64,000 nt of DNA, from contig NC_068994.1 in the NCBI RefSeq assembly GCF_001194135.2, positions 28,450,446 to 28,514,445 of the forward strand. Reading direction: 5' to 3'. Source of the DNA: Octopus bimaculoides. Lineage: Eukaryota. A model generated the notes under the pieces. The model was not told the DNA's origin, did no database searches, and worked only from the letters and a program-made list of their open reading frames with translations. Positions 1 through 11,924 of this stretch are shown here, one piece after another. A program made the position numbers and the translations under genes. Position 1 is the first letter of the stretch; every line of letters starts with the position of its first letter.

Positions 1-335
1 CCTTTCTGGCACTTATGCCCGCGGCATGTGTAAGGACTTTCGAGCGAGATCGTTGCCAGTGCCCCTAGACTGGCTCTTGTGCGGGTGGCACATAAAATAC
101 ACCATTTTGAGCGTGGCCGTTGCCAGTACCGCCTGACTGGCCTTCGTGCAGGTGACACGTAAAAGCATCCACTACACTCTCTGAGTGGTTGGCATTAGGA
201 AGGGCATCCAGCTGTAGAAACTCTGCCAAATTAGATTGGAGCCTGGTGTTGCCATCCGGTTTCACCAGTCCTCAGTCAAATCGTCCAACCCATGCTAGCA
301 TGGAAAACGGACGTTAAACGATGATGATGATGATG
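1..335 (+). mobile_element. SINE with RTE-type 3' tail (representative; related copies at about 2035-2340, 5285-5690, 27120-27505, 35040-35270, 44190-44525, 47560-47960)
   Basis: Shared tail gagtggttggcattaggaagggcatccagc...cccatgctagcatggaaaacggacgttaa plus (GAT)n, the same as the 3' end of the RTE LINEs in the window. Confidence 0.8.
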
Positions 336-994
336 ATATATATGAATATGACACAATATTATCTGTCTGTCTATATGCATATGTATGTTTGTACAGAAAC
401 TCATTTATCAACAAAATCATTAAAGATATTTAGTCAATTGGAGATATGACTATTGAAAGCACAAAATGTTTTATTTTCAAAAGCATTAGCTTTATAATTT
501 AACTAAATGTTTCTAACAATCACATTGAGAAATTTGTGTTTATCTGTGTACATACATTCACACATACTGAGAGACTGCTAGACAATGAATACTGTTATAT
601 TCATAAGAATGTGTCATTATATAGAGAATGAAAGACTGGACAGACTGAAAGAATGGAGATCCTTATTTTTTTCCTTCCAATATTGCAATAAGCTACTTCT
701 TCTAAAAGATCAGTCTGTCTGTCTATCTACTTACCAGCTATCTATTTATCAATATTTTTACCTTGAATGTGCACGATGGTGTATAGTGTGTATGTGTGTG
801 TGTGATTGTATGATGATATATGTAGATTTGTGTGTATGTCTGTAGGTGAGTATATATGATGGTGTATATTGCTTTGTGTGTGTATGTGATTGTATTTGAA
901 GATGTATATTGGTTCATTGCTTCATATGATGAAAACCAGTGTAATCTTTATTAGTCAGCAGAATTACTAAGTCTAGCATGTTCTGTTTTTACAG

Positions 995-1049
995 GAACAC
1001 AAGTGAAAGACTTGATGGGCGACAAACAAACAATCGGGCTGAAATACAT
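995..1049 (+). CDS. RNASEH1: Ribonuclease H1, internal coding exon (first one in window; upstream exons lie outside)
   Basis: tttttacag|G...CAT|gtaagc; translates NTSERLDGRQTNNRAEIH, matching the RNase H1 GRQTNxRAEI motif with the catalytic Glu; 55 nt, same size as the human exon as I recall it. Confidence 0.95.
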
Positions 1050-1271
1050 GTAAGCCATTCTATTTAAGTTTTCAAGTGAAAGTACTGAGAGAAGTATTTG
1101 TTGGGAAGCTCCTCATTAATTGACACCTTGTGTGTGGTTTTGGGTGACTTCATCTGAAGGCACAAAATCTCTTCCCCTTCTTGCTATTGTAACTTCAATC
1201 TTTATATTTAAGCATCAAGAGATGTTTCTTTTGTTTAGTCTTTTTCTAAAATGAAATTATTTTGTTTGCAG

Positions 1272-1356
1272 GCTGCCATTAGAGCTGTTGAACAAGCAAA
1301 GGCCAAAAATATTTCAAACCTTATTGTCAAAACTGACAGTCAGTTCCTAATAAACT
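1272..1356 (+). CDS. RNASEH1: Ribonuclease H1 coding exon
   Basis: tttgcag|...|gtaagt; AAIRAVEQAKAKNISNLIVKTDSQFLIN with the catalytic TDS Asp; 85 nt, in frame with its neighbours. Confidence 0.95.
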
Positions 1357-2395
1357 GTAAGTTATGTTTGTTTCTCCTGTGAATCAACTAATCTTTAACC
1401 TACTTAGTATTGGTGGATGTTATTCCCTAACTTCTTTCCTTTGGAATTCAAATATTTTACTTCTATCAGTGAATGTCCAGAGGAACTCTTAGTATTGTGT
1501 GTGACTGCATCCTATTGCAAAATTACTATATGTTAAGGTTGAAGCAGAAAATTGTGCGTGTGTTATTTTAGCACCAGATTGATTCTGATTGAACAAAGCA
1601 GACAATCCTGTTTTTTTTTTTCTTAAATGTATCTAGAACTACATTTATCCAATTTATCTATCCATTTTTAAGATGGTAGGGAGTGATTTGAGGGAGATCA
1701 GATTGCTATTTCTAGCATGTTAAGTAATTATAGAGCCCCCTCATTGGCCTGGGGATTAGGTATTTCCAGAATACCTCTTTTACAATATTCACCTTTAGCA
1801 GCAGGGCTTTTTACATGTAGTCTTCCAGGAACAAATTGGCAGGACTTACTACAGATATTTATTGGTCAGCTTCATTGTAGCAAATAGCAGCTGGATCTAC
1901 ACTTATCTTTGCTCTTCACAGAATATTTGTACAAGTATATCTGTTACAGGTAATATTTATGTGGAATACTTTCGTTTTTATTTTTCAGTTTGTTTATCAA
2001 CTTCTCATTCATCATAATATTGTTATTTCTGTTTGTATAGCTGTGCTTGAGAAGACTCATTTAACCAAGTGAAACCATAGTCATGACCATTGCCAGTGTC
2101 GTGTAAATGGTACCTGTGAAATCGTAGTCGTGGCTGTTACTGGTGTCGTGTAAAAGGTACCCATGCCAGTAGCACATAAAAAGCACCCATTACACTTTCG
2201 GAGTGGTTGGCATTAGAAAGGGCATCCACCTGTAGAAACCATGCCAAATCAGACCTGGGGCAGCTCTCCAGCTTACCACTTCCAGTGAAACCATCTAACC
2301 CATACCAGCATGGGAAACACGTTAAATGATGATGATGATAGCCACACCCACATCTCTCAGGCATTACTTTATTAACCATACATATCTTGGAACTA

Positions 2396-3590
2396 TTAGG
2401 TCATCCCATAAATAATGTGGTTTTTTTGTACTTATTTTATTTTTCAAAATTAAGATAAACAAAATTCTTTTTCAATCTAAAATATACTCTCCTTCATTTT
2501 CTACAATGCTCTTCCATCTATCTGGTAGACTTGCAAGGCCCCTCTTCCAAAATTCACTTGTCTGCGACGAAAAATACTCCTCCAGTACAGTTCTGACCTC
2601 ATCTACAGAATTCCTATTTTTCCACCCAAATAATTTTGAAGACTGCAGAATAAATGATAATCAGATGGGGCAATGTCCAGTGAATATGGTGGGTAGGGCA
2701 TTGTTTCCCATTCAAACTGCTCNNNNNNNNNNGGGGCAATGTCCAGTGAATATGGTGGGTAGGGCATTGTTTCCCATTCAAACTGCTCCAGCCTTTGGAA
2801 TGTCATCCTTGCTATATGTGGCTGAGCATGATTCTGATGGAAGAACATCTTTTGTCTTGAAACCAAAGATAGTTGTTTTTCTTCTAGCGCTGACTTAAGT
2901 TGCTCAAGCTGCTCGCAGTAGATTTCCTTTGTTATTGTTTGGTTTGGGTTTAAAAGTTCAAAGTGGACTAAATCTTTCATATCCCACCAAACAGATAACA
3001 ACACCTTATGTGGTACCAGTGTTTCTCCTTTCCCTACCCACTGTCTTCAGTGCTTGACATGTTTATAGAGAATCCATTTCTTGTCACCAGTCACCACTCG
3101 GTCCAAAAAGGTTCATCATGAGATGTGACAGTGAAGAAGAGCACACACTCACTCTCTGCACTGATTAGACTCAGGAAGTTTGTGAGGAACCCATTGACCT
3201 AATTTTCTGACTTTTCTGATGGCACACAGGTGTCAATGAATGGTTGAATGACCAAATCCAAGTTCCTCTGTTAGTTCCTCAACAGTTACGATGGGATTTC
3301 ATTCCACCAGGGTTTGCAGGACATCCTCGTTGGGCTCTACAGATCTTCCAGAATGAGGCTCATCTTCTAGGCTGTAGTTTTTGGCTCAGAATTTCTGGAA
3401 CCACTGTTGATACTGGCTTATGCTTATTTCTGAAACCCATATACTGCATTAATATACCTCGCACTTTCTGTTGCATTGTTGCCTTTATTGAACTTATAAA
3501 GTAAAATATACTGAATATGCTCCATTGTCATTTCCACCATAGCTTTGACAAAATAATTGTTAAAATCACATTGTACTCTTTAAAATTTGC
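2396..3590 (-). mobile_element. Mariner DNA transposon, near full length and degraded, in an RNASEH1 intron
   Basis: N-terminal EHIQYILLYKFNKGNNATESAR near 3540; DRVVTGD near 3080-3110; LLSVWWD...PPYSLDIAPSDYHLF (ORF 2603-3004); TA plus TIR ttaggtcatcccataaataat at 2394-2420. Confidence 0.88.
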
Positions 3591-3593
3591 ACA

Positions 3594-4953
3594 AGGTAAA
3601 ATTATGGTAAATTTTGATACTTTCACCTGCATGAATTTCACTAAGAAACAAAAACTCAGATTTTTTTGTGTGGAATCAAGTAACCTGACCTCCTAATATG
3701 CTGCAAACCCCTTATTTTTGTTCGGAAGAAAAGGAGTGGGTGGGAAACCGGACTCTCCCACTTCCCGGAATCATTGGAAATTCTTTTTTTTTTTTTGTGT
3801 TGAATGAATCATGGTGGCCTCCTAATATGCCATAAAACCCTTGATCCGGAAAGCGGTGGTGTGGAGATGGAACCTTTGTTAATTTACTACCCACATCCTT
3901 GNNNNNNNNNNACTTTCACCTGCATGAATTTCACTAAGAAACAAAAACTCAGATTTTTTTGTGTGGAATCAAGTAACCTGACCTCCTAATATGCTGCAAA
4001 AAACTAGAGCCCTGTGGAATCATTCTTTTATTTGTTTCAGTTATTTGACTGCAGCCATGCTGGAGCACCGCCTTTAGTCGAACAAATCAACCTCAGGACT
4101 TATTGTTTGTAAGCCTAATACTTATTCTATCGGTCTCTTTTGCCGAACCACTAAGTTACGGGTATGTAAACACACCAGCATCAGTTGTCAAGTGATGGTG
4201 AGGGGACAAACAGACACACAAACATACACACACCCACACACACACATATATATATATATATGACAGGCTTCTTTCAGTTTCCGTCTGTCAAATTCATTCA
4301 CTAGGCTTTGGTCAGCCCAAGGCTATAGTAGAAGACACTTGCCCAAGGTGTCACACTGTGGGACTGAACCATGTGGCCACTCCTGCACCTATCTTTTTTT
4401 CTTATATTGAATGAATTACAGTGACCTCCTAATATGCCATAAAACCCTTGTTTTGGTCCGGAAAATGGGGTGGGTGGGGTGGAACCCTCAGAAATTTCAC
4501 CCCCACCCCATTTTCAAATATTTTTTGCTGTTTCTTTCTTTACCCATATCTTTTAGATAACATTTTGCAGAAATACTTTTTCGAGAGTGTGTTTGTGGAT
4601 TACATTAGATTGAAAATTCAAAGAAGTTTGAAATGAATAAGTGAAAATGCAGAGGTTATAGAAGTTAGTGGTAACGAAGTCTGCGGAGAAATAAAGAATG
4701 ATAAATAATTCATCTAAAAAAACACGTTAGAGTTTGTGTTAGTGTGTGAAACAAGTAAAAGTACAATATTAAAATAAAATATCTTTTTCATACCTCTTAG
4801 AATCCCCGTTTCTTTTTTCCAAACAAAAATAAGGGGCTTGCAGCATATTAAGGGTTCAGGTTACTTGATTCCATGCAAAAAATCCAAGTTTTTTATTTTT
4901 CTTAGTGAAAATTGTGTGGATGAAAGTATAAAAATTTACCAAAATTACTACCT
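3594..4953. mobile_element. Long-TIR foldback/MITE-like element with a nested SINE
   Basis: About 140 bp at 3594-3735 is the reverse complement of about 4806-4953 (e.g. gtggaatcaagtaacctga / tcaggttacttgattccat); SINE inside at about 4015-4395. Confidence 0.7.
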
Positions 4954-5976
4954 GCTTTTATAGCAAGTTGATGCTGGTAGTTTATCCCGTCCCTTTCTGA
5001 CTTTTGGTTCTTGCAATTGAAAAAATTGCATTATTTATGGAATGACCCAATAAATATTGATTTCAAATTTGGGCATAAAACCAGCAATTTTGAAGGAGGG
5101 GCAAGTCAATTACATCAACCCCAGTGCTCAACTGATACTTATTTTATTGACCCCAGAAGGATGAAAGGCTAAATCAACTTCAGTGGCATTTGAACTCAGA
5201 ACATAACGACAGATGAAGTGCTGCTAAGCATTTTGTCTAGCATGCCACCTTTATGTTGGAACTAAATATTTCAAAATATTTTTGCGTGGCTGTGTGGTAA
5301 GAAGTTTGCTTGTCAACCAGATGGTTCTTGGTTCAGTTTCATTGTGTGACACCTGGGCAAAGATCTTTATACAATAGTCCCAAAGTGACCAAAGTCTAGT
5401 GTGATGGAACCTGAAAGCAGAAAGATGCCCGACACACACAAATGTGTGTTACTGTCTTTTTGTCTTGACATAGTGTGATAGTTGTAAACAAGTGTCATTG
5501 TCATGCAAGCAGTGTCCTTTGTTTCTCGTCTTCTATGGTCTTGAGGAAATATTACTTTACTTAGAAACAGGTGAGGGTTGACAATAGGAAGTGCATCTGG
5601 CTGTAGAAAATCTGCCTTAACAATTTTAGTCTGATCCATGCAAGTATGGAAAAATGGATGTTAAATTATGATGATGATGATGATGATTTCTCTGGTGTTT
5701 TACCAATACTAACACTTTGCTGTCATTATTGACTTCCATGATAATTACTTTGTGTGTTTGTGTGTCTTAATCATGAGAGAAGTGGGGTCTTAACCTGTGC
5801 ATCAATACTTCAGTGCTTGCAATAAATTTAAATTAAAAGGAACCAAGAGACTAACACAAATGCTTGCAACAGAATAAGTTAGAGGCCATTAGTGACCAGA
5901 AGGTTGTGTTATGCTGGGTGGGATTTTAGGCCTAAGACAATAATGTTAAATCTGTTCCTTCTCTCCCTCACACCAG

Positions 5977-6101
5977 GTATAACTAAATGGTTGGAGGGTT
6001 GGAAAAAGAAGAACTGGATGAAATCAAGTGGAGAAGAAGTGATAAACAAAGAAGATCTGCAGGAATTGGACGAGAAATTGGAGGGAATCAATGTTAAATG
6101 G
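5977..6101 (+). CDS. RNASEH1: Ribonuclease H1 coding exon
   Basis: caccag|...|gtaagt; CITKWLEGWKKKNWMKSSGEEVINKEDLQELDEKLEGINVKW (WKKxxW and VINKED motifs); 125 nt. Confidence 0.96.
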
Positions 6102-6510
6102 GTAAGTTTAAGCAGGACAAACTGGGAAGCTAAAAGAGAACTCTATCATGACATCTAAACCAACTGAAGGATTTGATTGTGTGTGTGTGAGAGAGAGAGA
6201 GAAAGAGTGAAAATGTGTTTTATTATGTGCTTTGTTTTTTTTTTCCATTGTGGTTTAATTAGAAGAGGTTAAGATTACTTATCAAAGTTTGTAAAGATTT
6301 TGGCAAGAGATTAGAAAATCTGACTAATTTTGGAGGAGAGAAAATTTTCAGTCTGTGCTTTTTACCTTTCCTACTGATCATCTTGATGATATAGTAGAAG
6401 TTGATGATGGTAGGAGGGGTTTCTTCCATATGTTGCAGATTGTGTTAGGTTTGGTTGTGTGAGCAGTGTGGAAGGACATATCTGAGAGAATGGTTTCAGT
6501 CCCACATTTA

Positions 6511-6546
6511 ACTGTCTGATGAGTCAGGGGTGAAACATATGTTGTG
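6511..6546 (+). ncRNA. Degenerate minimal type I hammerhead motif in the last RNASEH1 intron
   Basis: CTGATGA(6516-6522)-GTCAGGGGT-GAAAC(6532-6536)-ATAT-GTT; palindromic loop; stems I and II are weak. Confidence 0.5.
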
Positions 6547-8337
6547 AAGGGTCAGTGTAGAACTGGTAGAGTGTCAACCAGTGAGTTCAGGTACCAGAGA
6601 ACTGGCAAGGGTTGTTGTGCTTTGATTAGCCATAAGTTGGAGGATTCTGTAAGGGGCAAAGACTGAAAATTCTGTTGTTTTAACCCCAGATCAACCCTAA
6701 TTGAACAGACTTATGATCAAAGGTATTCTAGCCATGGCCATGCATCTTTTCTGAAGTGTGTCCTATTCCAAGATAGTAGGGTGTGATTTAAGAGAAATTT
6801 GGCTATTTCTAGCAAGTTGTTATTACATAGATGCTCTCTCCTCCCTTCTCTTTGATTATGAAGTAAAAGTTTTGAGGTGAGAAATAGATCAATAATTTTT
6901 GAATGTTTAATTTTATGGATTTGGGCAGGTGACAACACAAATTAGTGCAAAATTTAGGGATGAAAAACTGCTCATCCTCACCAGTAGCTGCATTGGTGTA
7001 GGAGGAGTGAGAGAGGAAAGAAATGTGATGAGAATAAGTACAAAGAAAGGTGAGGCAAGATGTCATCAGTGTAAAATAATTGGTAGTTGAAATAATGTTG
7101 ATGTTGGAGATGTTTGAGGAAAAGTAGTGGCTATAAAGAAACTTAGAAGAGAGCAGAGAGACTTAGGGCCACAGTAACTGGAAGTCTTTTTGCTTACACT
7201 CTCTCCCCTTCTCATCTGGTTATCAGCCAAATAATACTTTTCAGTGTGTGAAGGTGGAATATAGAATGTAGTCTGAACAACAGATGGATTGGAGATAGAT
7301 GAGAAATAGTTGGCTCAGAAAAAAATAAAATTTGAATGAGGGAGGAGAAAAGCAAGTATGCATATGTACACCCCTGCCACACACATCGCTAACTCTCTTT
7401 AGTTTGTTTCAACTACTGAATGAACTAGCACAAAGAATTACAAGGTTGCAGATGATCTGTTCTCATTGACAGATTGTCAAAGAACTCTACAAGAAATAAA
7501 TGTCATTTTAATCTCTGATCAAAAATTTGTGTAGATGCCTAGAAAATTTCTCATGTCTAAAGATGTTAGTAATAACTTTCTATTATTCAAAGAAATAAGA
7601 ACCTTTTCTTTAATAACCAAAACAGTTGTTATTATATATTGCCTAGCACTTAGAAGAAAGGAGTTTTAAAAAATATAATGTATTTGAATGGTTGTTTTTA
7701 ATTTAAAAAACACTACTTTATGAATGAATCAATGGTTAAAATTTTAGACATGAATTTGAAATAGAAACAGCAAGATGTCTACTTACCTCTTTTGAGAGAA
7801 ATGTTAGTATAATTAGTAACTTGATTAACCAGGGAATGATCAGTACTTAATAACAAACCAGTGGGACTGGTTTATTGTTATTAGAATTATTATTAAAAGA
7901 AAGAAAATTGTTGGCCTTGTGCCAAAATTAGAAAGAATTATCAATATTAAGGTTCATAGAAATGAATTGTGTTCATGGCCCTTGTAGGCCCGCTAGGAAT
8001 GGTTAAGTTGGCTGCTTCAAGTTGATTGCTACAGAAAGAACTAGGGCAGGAAGGGAATTCCAGTGGGATGTTATTCAGGGAAGGGAGGGACTTGGAAATG
8101 ATTATTGTAGACCTGGGAATACAATATGCGTGTTTCAAATTGGTACTAATAATGTTTAGAGATTTTTAAAATTATCATTTTATTTAATTTTATAGTTTAA
8201 TGAGAGTTTCTCTAATTTCTATTCTCAGTTTCCGCATAGGAGTACAAAAATAGATAGGCTGTGGATAGCCTCCTCTTCTTTACATCAACAAATAAATATA
8301 AAAATTATTTTGATTTTATATTATTTCTATTTCCTAG

Positions 8338-8427
8338 GTCCATGTGGATGCTCATTGTGGAGTGGCTGGAAACGAAGCTGCTGACAAATTGGCCAATAAA
8401 GGAGCAAAACTCCCTCTACCCAAGTAG
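8338..8427 (+). CDS. RNASEH1: Ribonuclease H1 terminal coding exon
   Basis: ttcctag|GTC...TAG; VHVDAHCGVAGNEAADKLANKGAKLPLPK*, with the loop His and last catalytic Asp (GNExAD); AATAAA at 8622 and 8724. Confidence 0.95.
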   Translation, partial: VHVDAHCGVAGNEAADKLANKGAKLPLPK

Positions 8428-8479
8428 ATTTTCCTGCATGTTGTTATTCGGAATGTCAACAAATGATATATCGTAAAGT

Positions 8480-8531
<52 letters not shown>

Positions 8532-9373
8532 CTCTCTCTCTTGCACAGATATAGTGATAAGCATAGTCTTACAATAATACTTTCGAAATATCCTTTCACA
8601 GATATATAGTAGTATTTCTACAATAAAAGATATATCTATGTATTCATAATTTAGTTCATGTGGTTATTTCTTGTTGGTGTGTTAAATAATTATGGTAAAG
8701 TGGCATAATTAAAATATGTTTACAATAAAATAGCAGAGAAAATATAAAGACTCCAGTCACAAAGAAAAAGTGATTAGCCAGTCATCTGGCAAACAATGTG
8801 CTATTCCGATACTTTCAGTGGGTCTGTTTCTCTTTTCTGACCAAAATTAGTTTTTATGTCTGTGTATCATCATTATTTTTATATCCCCTTTTTCAGACAG
8901 GCATGGGTTGGACAAGACTACAACACTCGTAAATCTACCTGTCTATGATGGAGACATAAAATGAGGGAGGGAGGTCACAAGAGCAGTATGCATTGAGAAA
9001 TGTATAAATAGACTTGATAGATTACTGGGTGATGTCTTAACGAAATCACATTATTGTTGGTGATACAGCATTCTATTGCAGCTACATGACGTGTTTGCGA
9101 CTAAGTGACATGTGATGACAATTCACTCCCGAACTGAAATAAGCTCCTAGCCTCTGTATCCTGAACGGTTATGTGGACCACTCCTAACAAAAGCCAAACC
9201 TTCCTTCAATCACTACATAAAAAGTATTAAGAAAAAAAATGTTATTTAAATATACTTTTATTTTAGTTGTTTACACTATATTACGCTGGCTTATAGTCTT
9301 ATACATTCAAAGTTCACAAATTTCCTTATTTAAATTGTGAATCATATTCCTTTCAATAATATCAAAATGATTA

Positions 9374-9680
9374 TCAAACTTCTTTGTAGACGATATTTTC
9401 TTGTTTGGTCAACACTAATTTTCAAATTACTGGAGTCCTTTGCTCTACTCATAGTGACATATAATTGGCTGTGTGTAAACATCAGAACAGGTAAAAATAC
9501 TCCTACACGATCTAAAGTCTGGCGTTGTGCCTTGTTTACTGTGAATGCATGAGTGGAATCTTTAGGAATCTGCTCATCTACGATGGGAAATAAAGGAATA
9601 GTATCACAAATCTAAACCCTCTAAATTCACGAACTATATGGAGAGGGGAATCCAGAATTAATCCTCATCACTGGAATTTT
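9374..9680 (-). mobile_element. Helitron RepHel (PIF1-type helicase) C-terminal fragment
   Basis: Minus frame HAFTVNKAQRQTLDRVGVFLPVLMFTHSQLYVTMSRAKDSSNLKI then, after a frameshift, NIVYKEV; matches the PIF1/Helitron AxTINKAQGQTL..VG.YL..PVF.HGQLYVA.SR...NIVYKEV pattern. Confidence 0.82.
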
Positions 9681-10475
9681 AACAAAAAAAAAAAAAAATC
9701 AAAGGTAATTTATTGATACAAAACTCGATATCCACTAAATAATCATACTTCTTCACATTTTTTCCTATTTACCTCCTTTGTAATCCAGCCATTTGACCAT
9801 GAAAAGGAAGGACACAACACGCATTATAAGTTGACTTCCTTTTGCTTCTTTTATTAGTTATCTCCCCCGTAATTTTTATTTACACTTTTACGCCTGTAAA
9901 CTTAACAATTACTTCCAGTAATAATCGTAATTTTTCACGTTTTTTTCACTAAAAACTTACCTGATTACCTCTTTCATAATCCTGAAAAACATTGGTCCAG
10001 CTGTTTGATCATGAAGAGGGCACAGACAGATGGATATAACGCCCATTATAGTAAAATGATATCCTTCCTGTCACCAACTCTTTTGTTTTTTTCTTTTTTA
10101 TTCCACTTGAGCTATAGGATGCATTGTTTATGGGGGGTGGGGTGGAAATGAAACATCCCCATTGCCCAAATGGGAATAAACACGCACAATAGGCTTCCAT
10201 CTCTCAAATTTACTCATAAGGCATGATTTTGTGTGTGAATGTCATTATCATAATCATTTAATGTCCATTTTTTTCCTTGCTTGCATGTATCAGAAAGAAT
10301 TTGTTGAGGCAGATTTTCTGTGATCAGATGCCCAAGGTAATATTTCTTCATGGCCAGACTTGCTTTTTGCAGAATACGGGGAAACAAACAACCTCACTTG
10401 TACGATGATGATGCTCATTTACAACCAACATCTGATGTCTAGACAAAGGTACACACACATACATGTGTGAGTATG

Positions 10476-10517
<42 letters not shown>

Positions 10518-11924
10518 ATGGATTCTCTCATTGTGAACATCAAATGCAGGTTCAGTAAAATAAAGCGGTAATCATGTTCTATGGACACAAATGTGTCTCT
10601 TGAGGCCTGCTAGTTCTCTCAAACCTTTTGACAAATGAAACAAGTTAAGGGCTCAGTTTGCTTGAGCGCTTATTGATCATTACTACATGTTTTCTTGAGT
10701 TGGAGGCAAGGCCTGTTTTGCTCCATGCTACAGAACTAGTGACAGGTAAGGTCTTCATCTAAAACAGTATTTTGCCACTATACCTTCATGCTTGCACGAA
10801 GTTGGTCCCGATGCTGGAGTCAACTTTGTTCAAATCTTGAACTGAGGAGAAGCAGGACCTGCACCGTGTCCTGTGTTCTGATGCTTTGCTTTACTTTCTA
10901 TCTTTTACTTGTTTCAGACATTAGACTGCAGCCATACTGAGGCACCTCCTTGAAAAATTTTTAGTCAAATGAACTAACTCCAGTACTTATACTATTGATC
11001 TCTTTTGCCGAACTGTTTAGGGGGATGTAAACACACCAACACCAGTTGTCAAGCAATAGTGAGGGATAAACACAGACACAAAGACACTCACGCACACACA
11101 CATATATGCATCCAGTGTAAGCTTTGGACACATAAAAGGTGCAGCAATATCAGGGGAAAATTAGGTACAATGAACGCTGAAAATGGGCAGAAAATAGACT
11201 CCATCAACTGCCAGGGAAGCAAGCTAGAGATAGTAGATAGCTTCTGTTATCTAGGTGACCAAGTTAGAAGTGTAGGTGAATGCTCTGAGAGTGTAGCTGT
11301 GAGAATATGCTCATTTATTCATTCATTTATCTAATTTTATCATAAACCGAAAACTGTTTAGTCTTCCATGCCATATGTTTAGAGAAAAAACTTAAGATCC
11401 CTTTGCTCAACCTAACTCTCTCTCTCTTTCATGCTCATTTATTATTATCATTTATCATTCATTTATCTAATTCTATCACAGTTTGGCTGACTGAAAACTG
11501 TTGGTTATAGCTCTAGTTAAGAATTCAAATGCCCAATTCTATCTCATTATCATCATTAATATTTTCTCATACCGGCAGCCTAAGTTTTTTACTGTTTTGT
11601 GGTGCCCAATTCTCTCTCATTATCAGAATTACTATTCTTTCACTCCGGCAGTGGCAATGTTAAACCCATTCGTTCAATTATGTTACCCTAAATCCCAAAA
11701 TGCGCCAGCCCTTCCCACCCCCATCATCTGTACCGGAAGACTCTATCCTCTGATCTTTATCGGATGTCTCTCCCATGAACACCTCCAAAGGCTTAATGTT
11801 CCCCCATCCCTACTTAGGGTTTATCTCTTATGTAATGTAGTGATTATGTAATGCATAAAATGATGGTGTAGTGTATGCAGGCTGAAGGCTATTGTATGAT
11901 TATGAGTTCTACCAAATGTGAGCT

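Noticed and set aside
2668-2787. Tandem duplication in the mariner (and likewise 3617-3711 vs 3912-3998)
   Set aside because: Each pair straddles a 10-N gap, typical of unmerged overlapping contig ends, so these are assembly artefacts
5285-5345. tRNA-like sequences at SINE heads (also near 27470-27505 and 42255-42310)
   Set aside because: Only A/B-box remnants with no cloverleaf; these are tRNA-derived SINE 5' ends, not tRNA genes
9961-9981. Minus-strand 21-nt micro-exon candidate (ttttcag|...cag|gtaagt)
   Set aside because: Good donor but no partner exons; adjacent to Helitron-derived sequence
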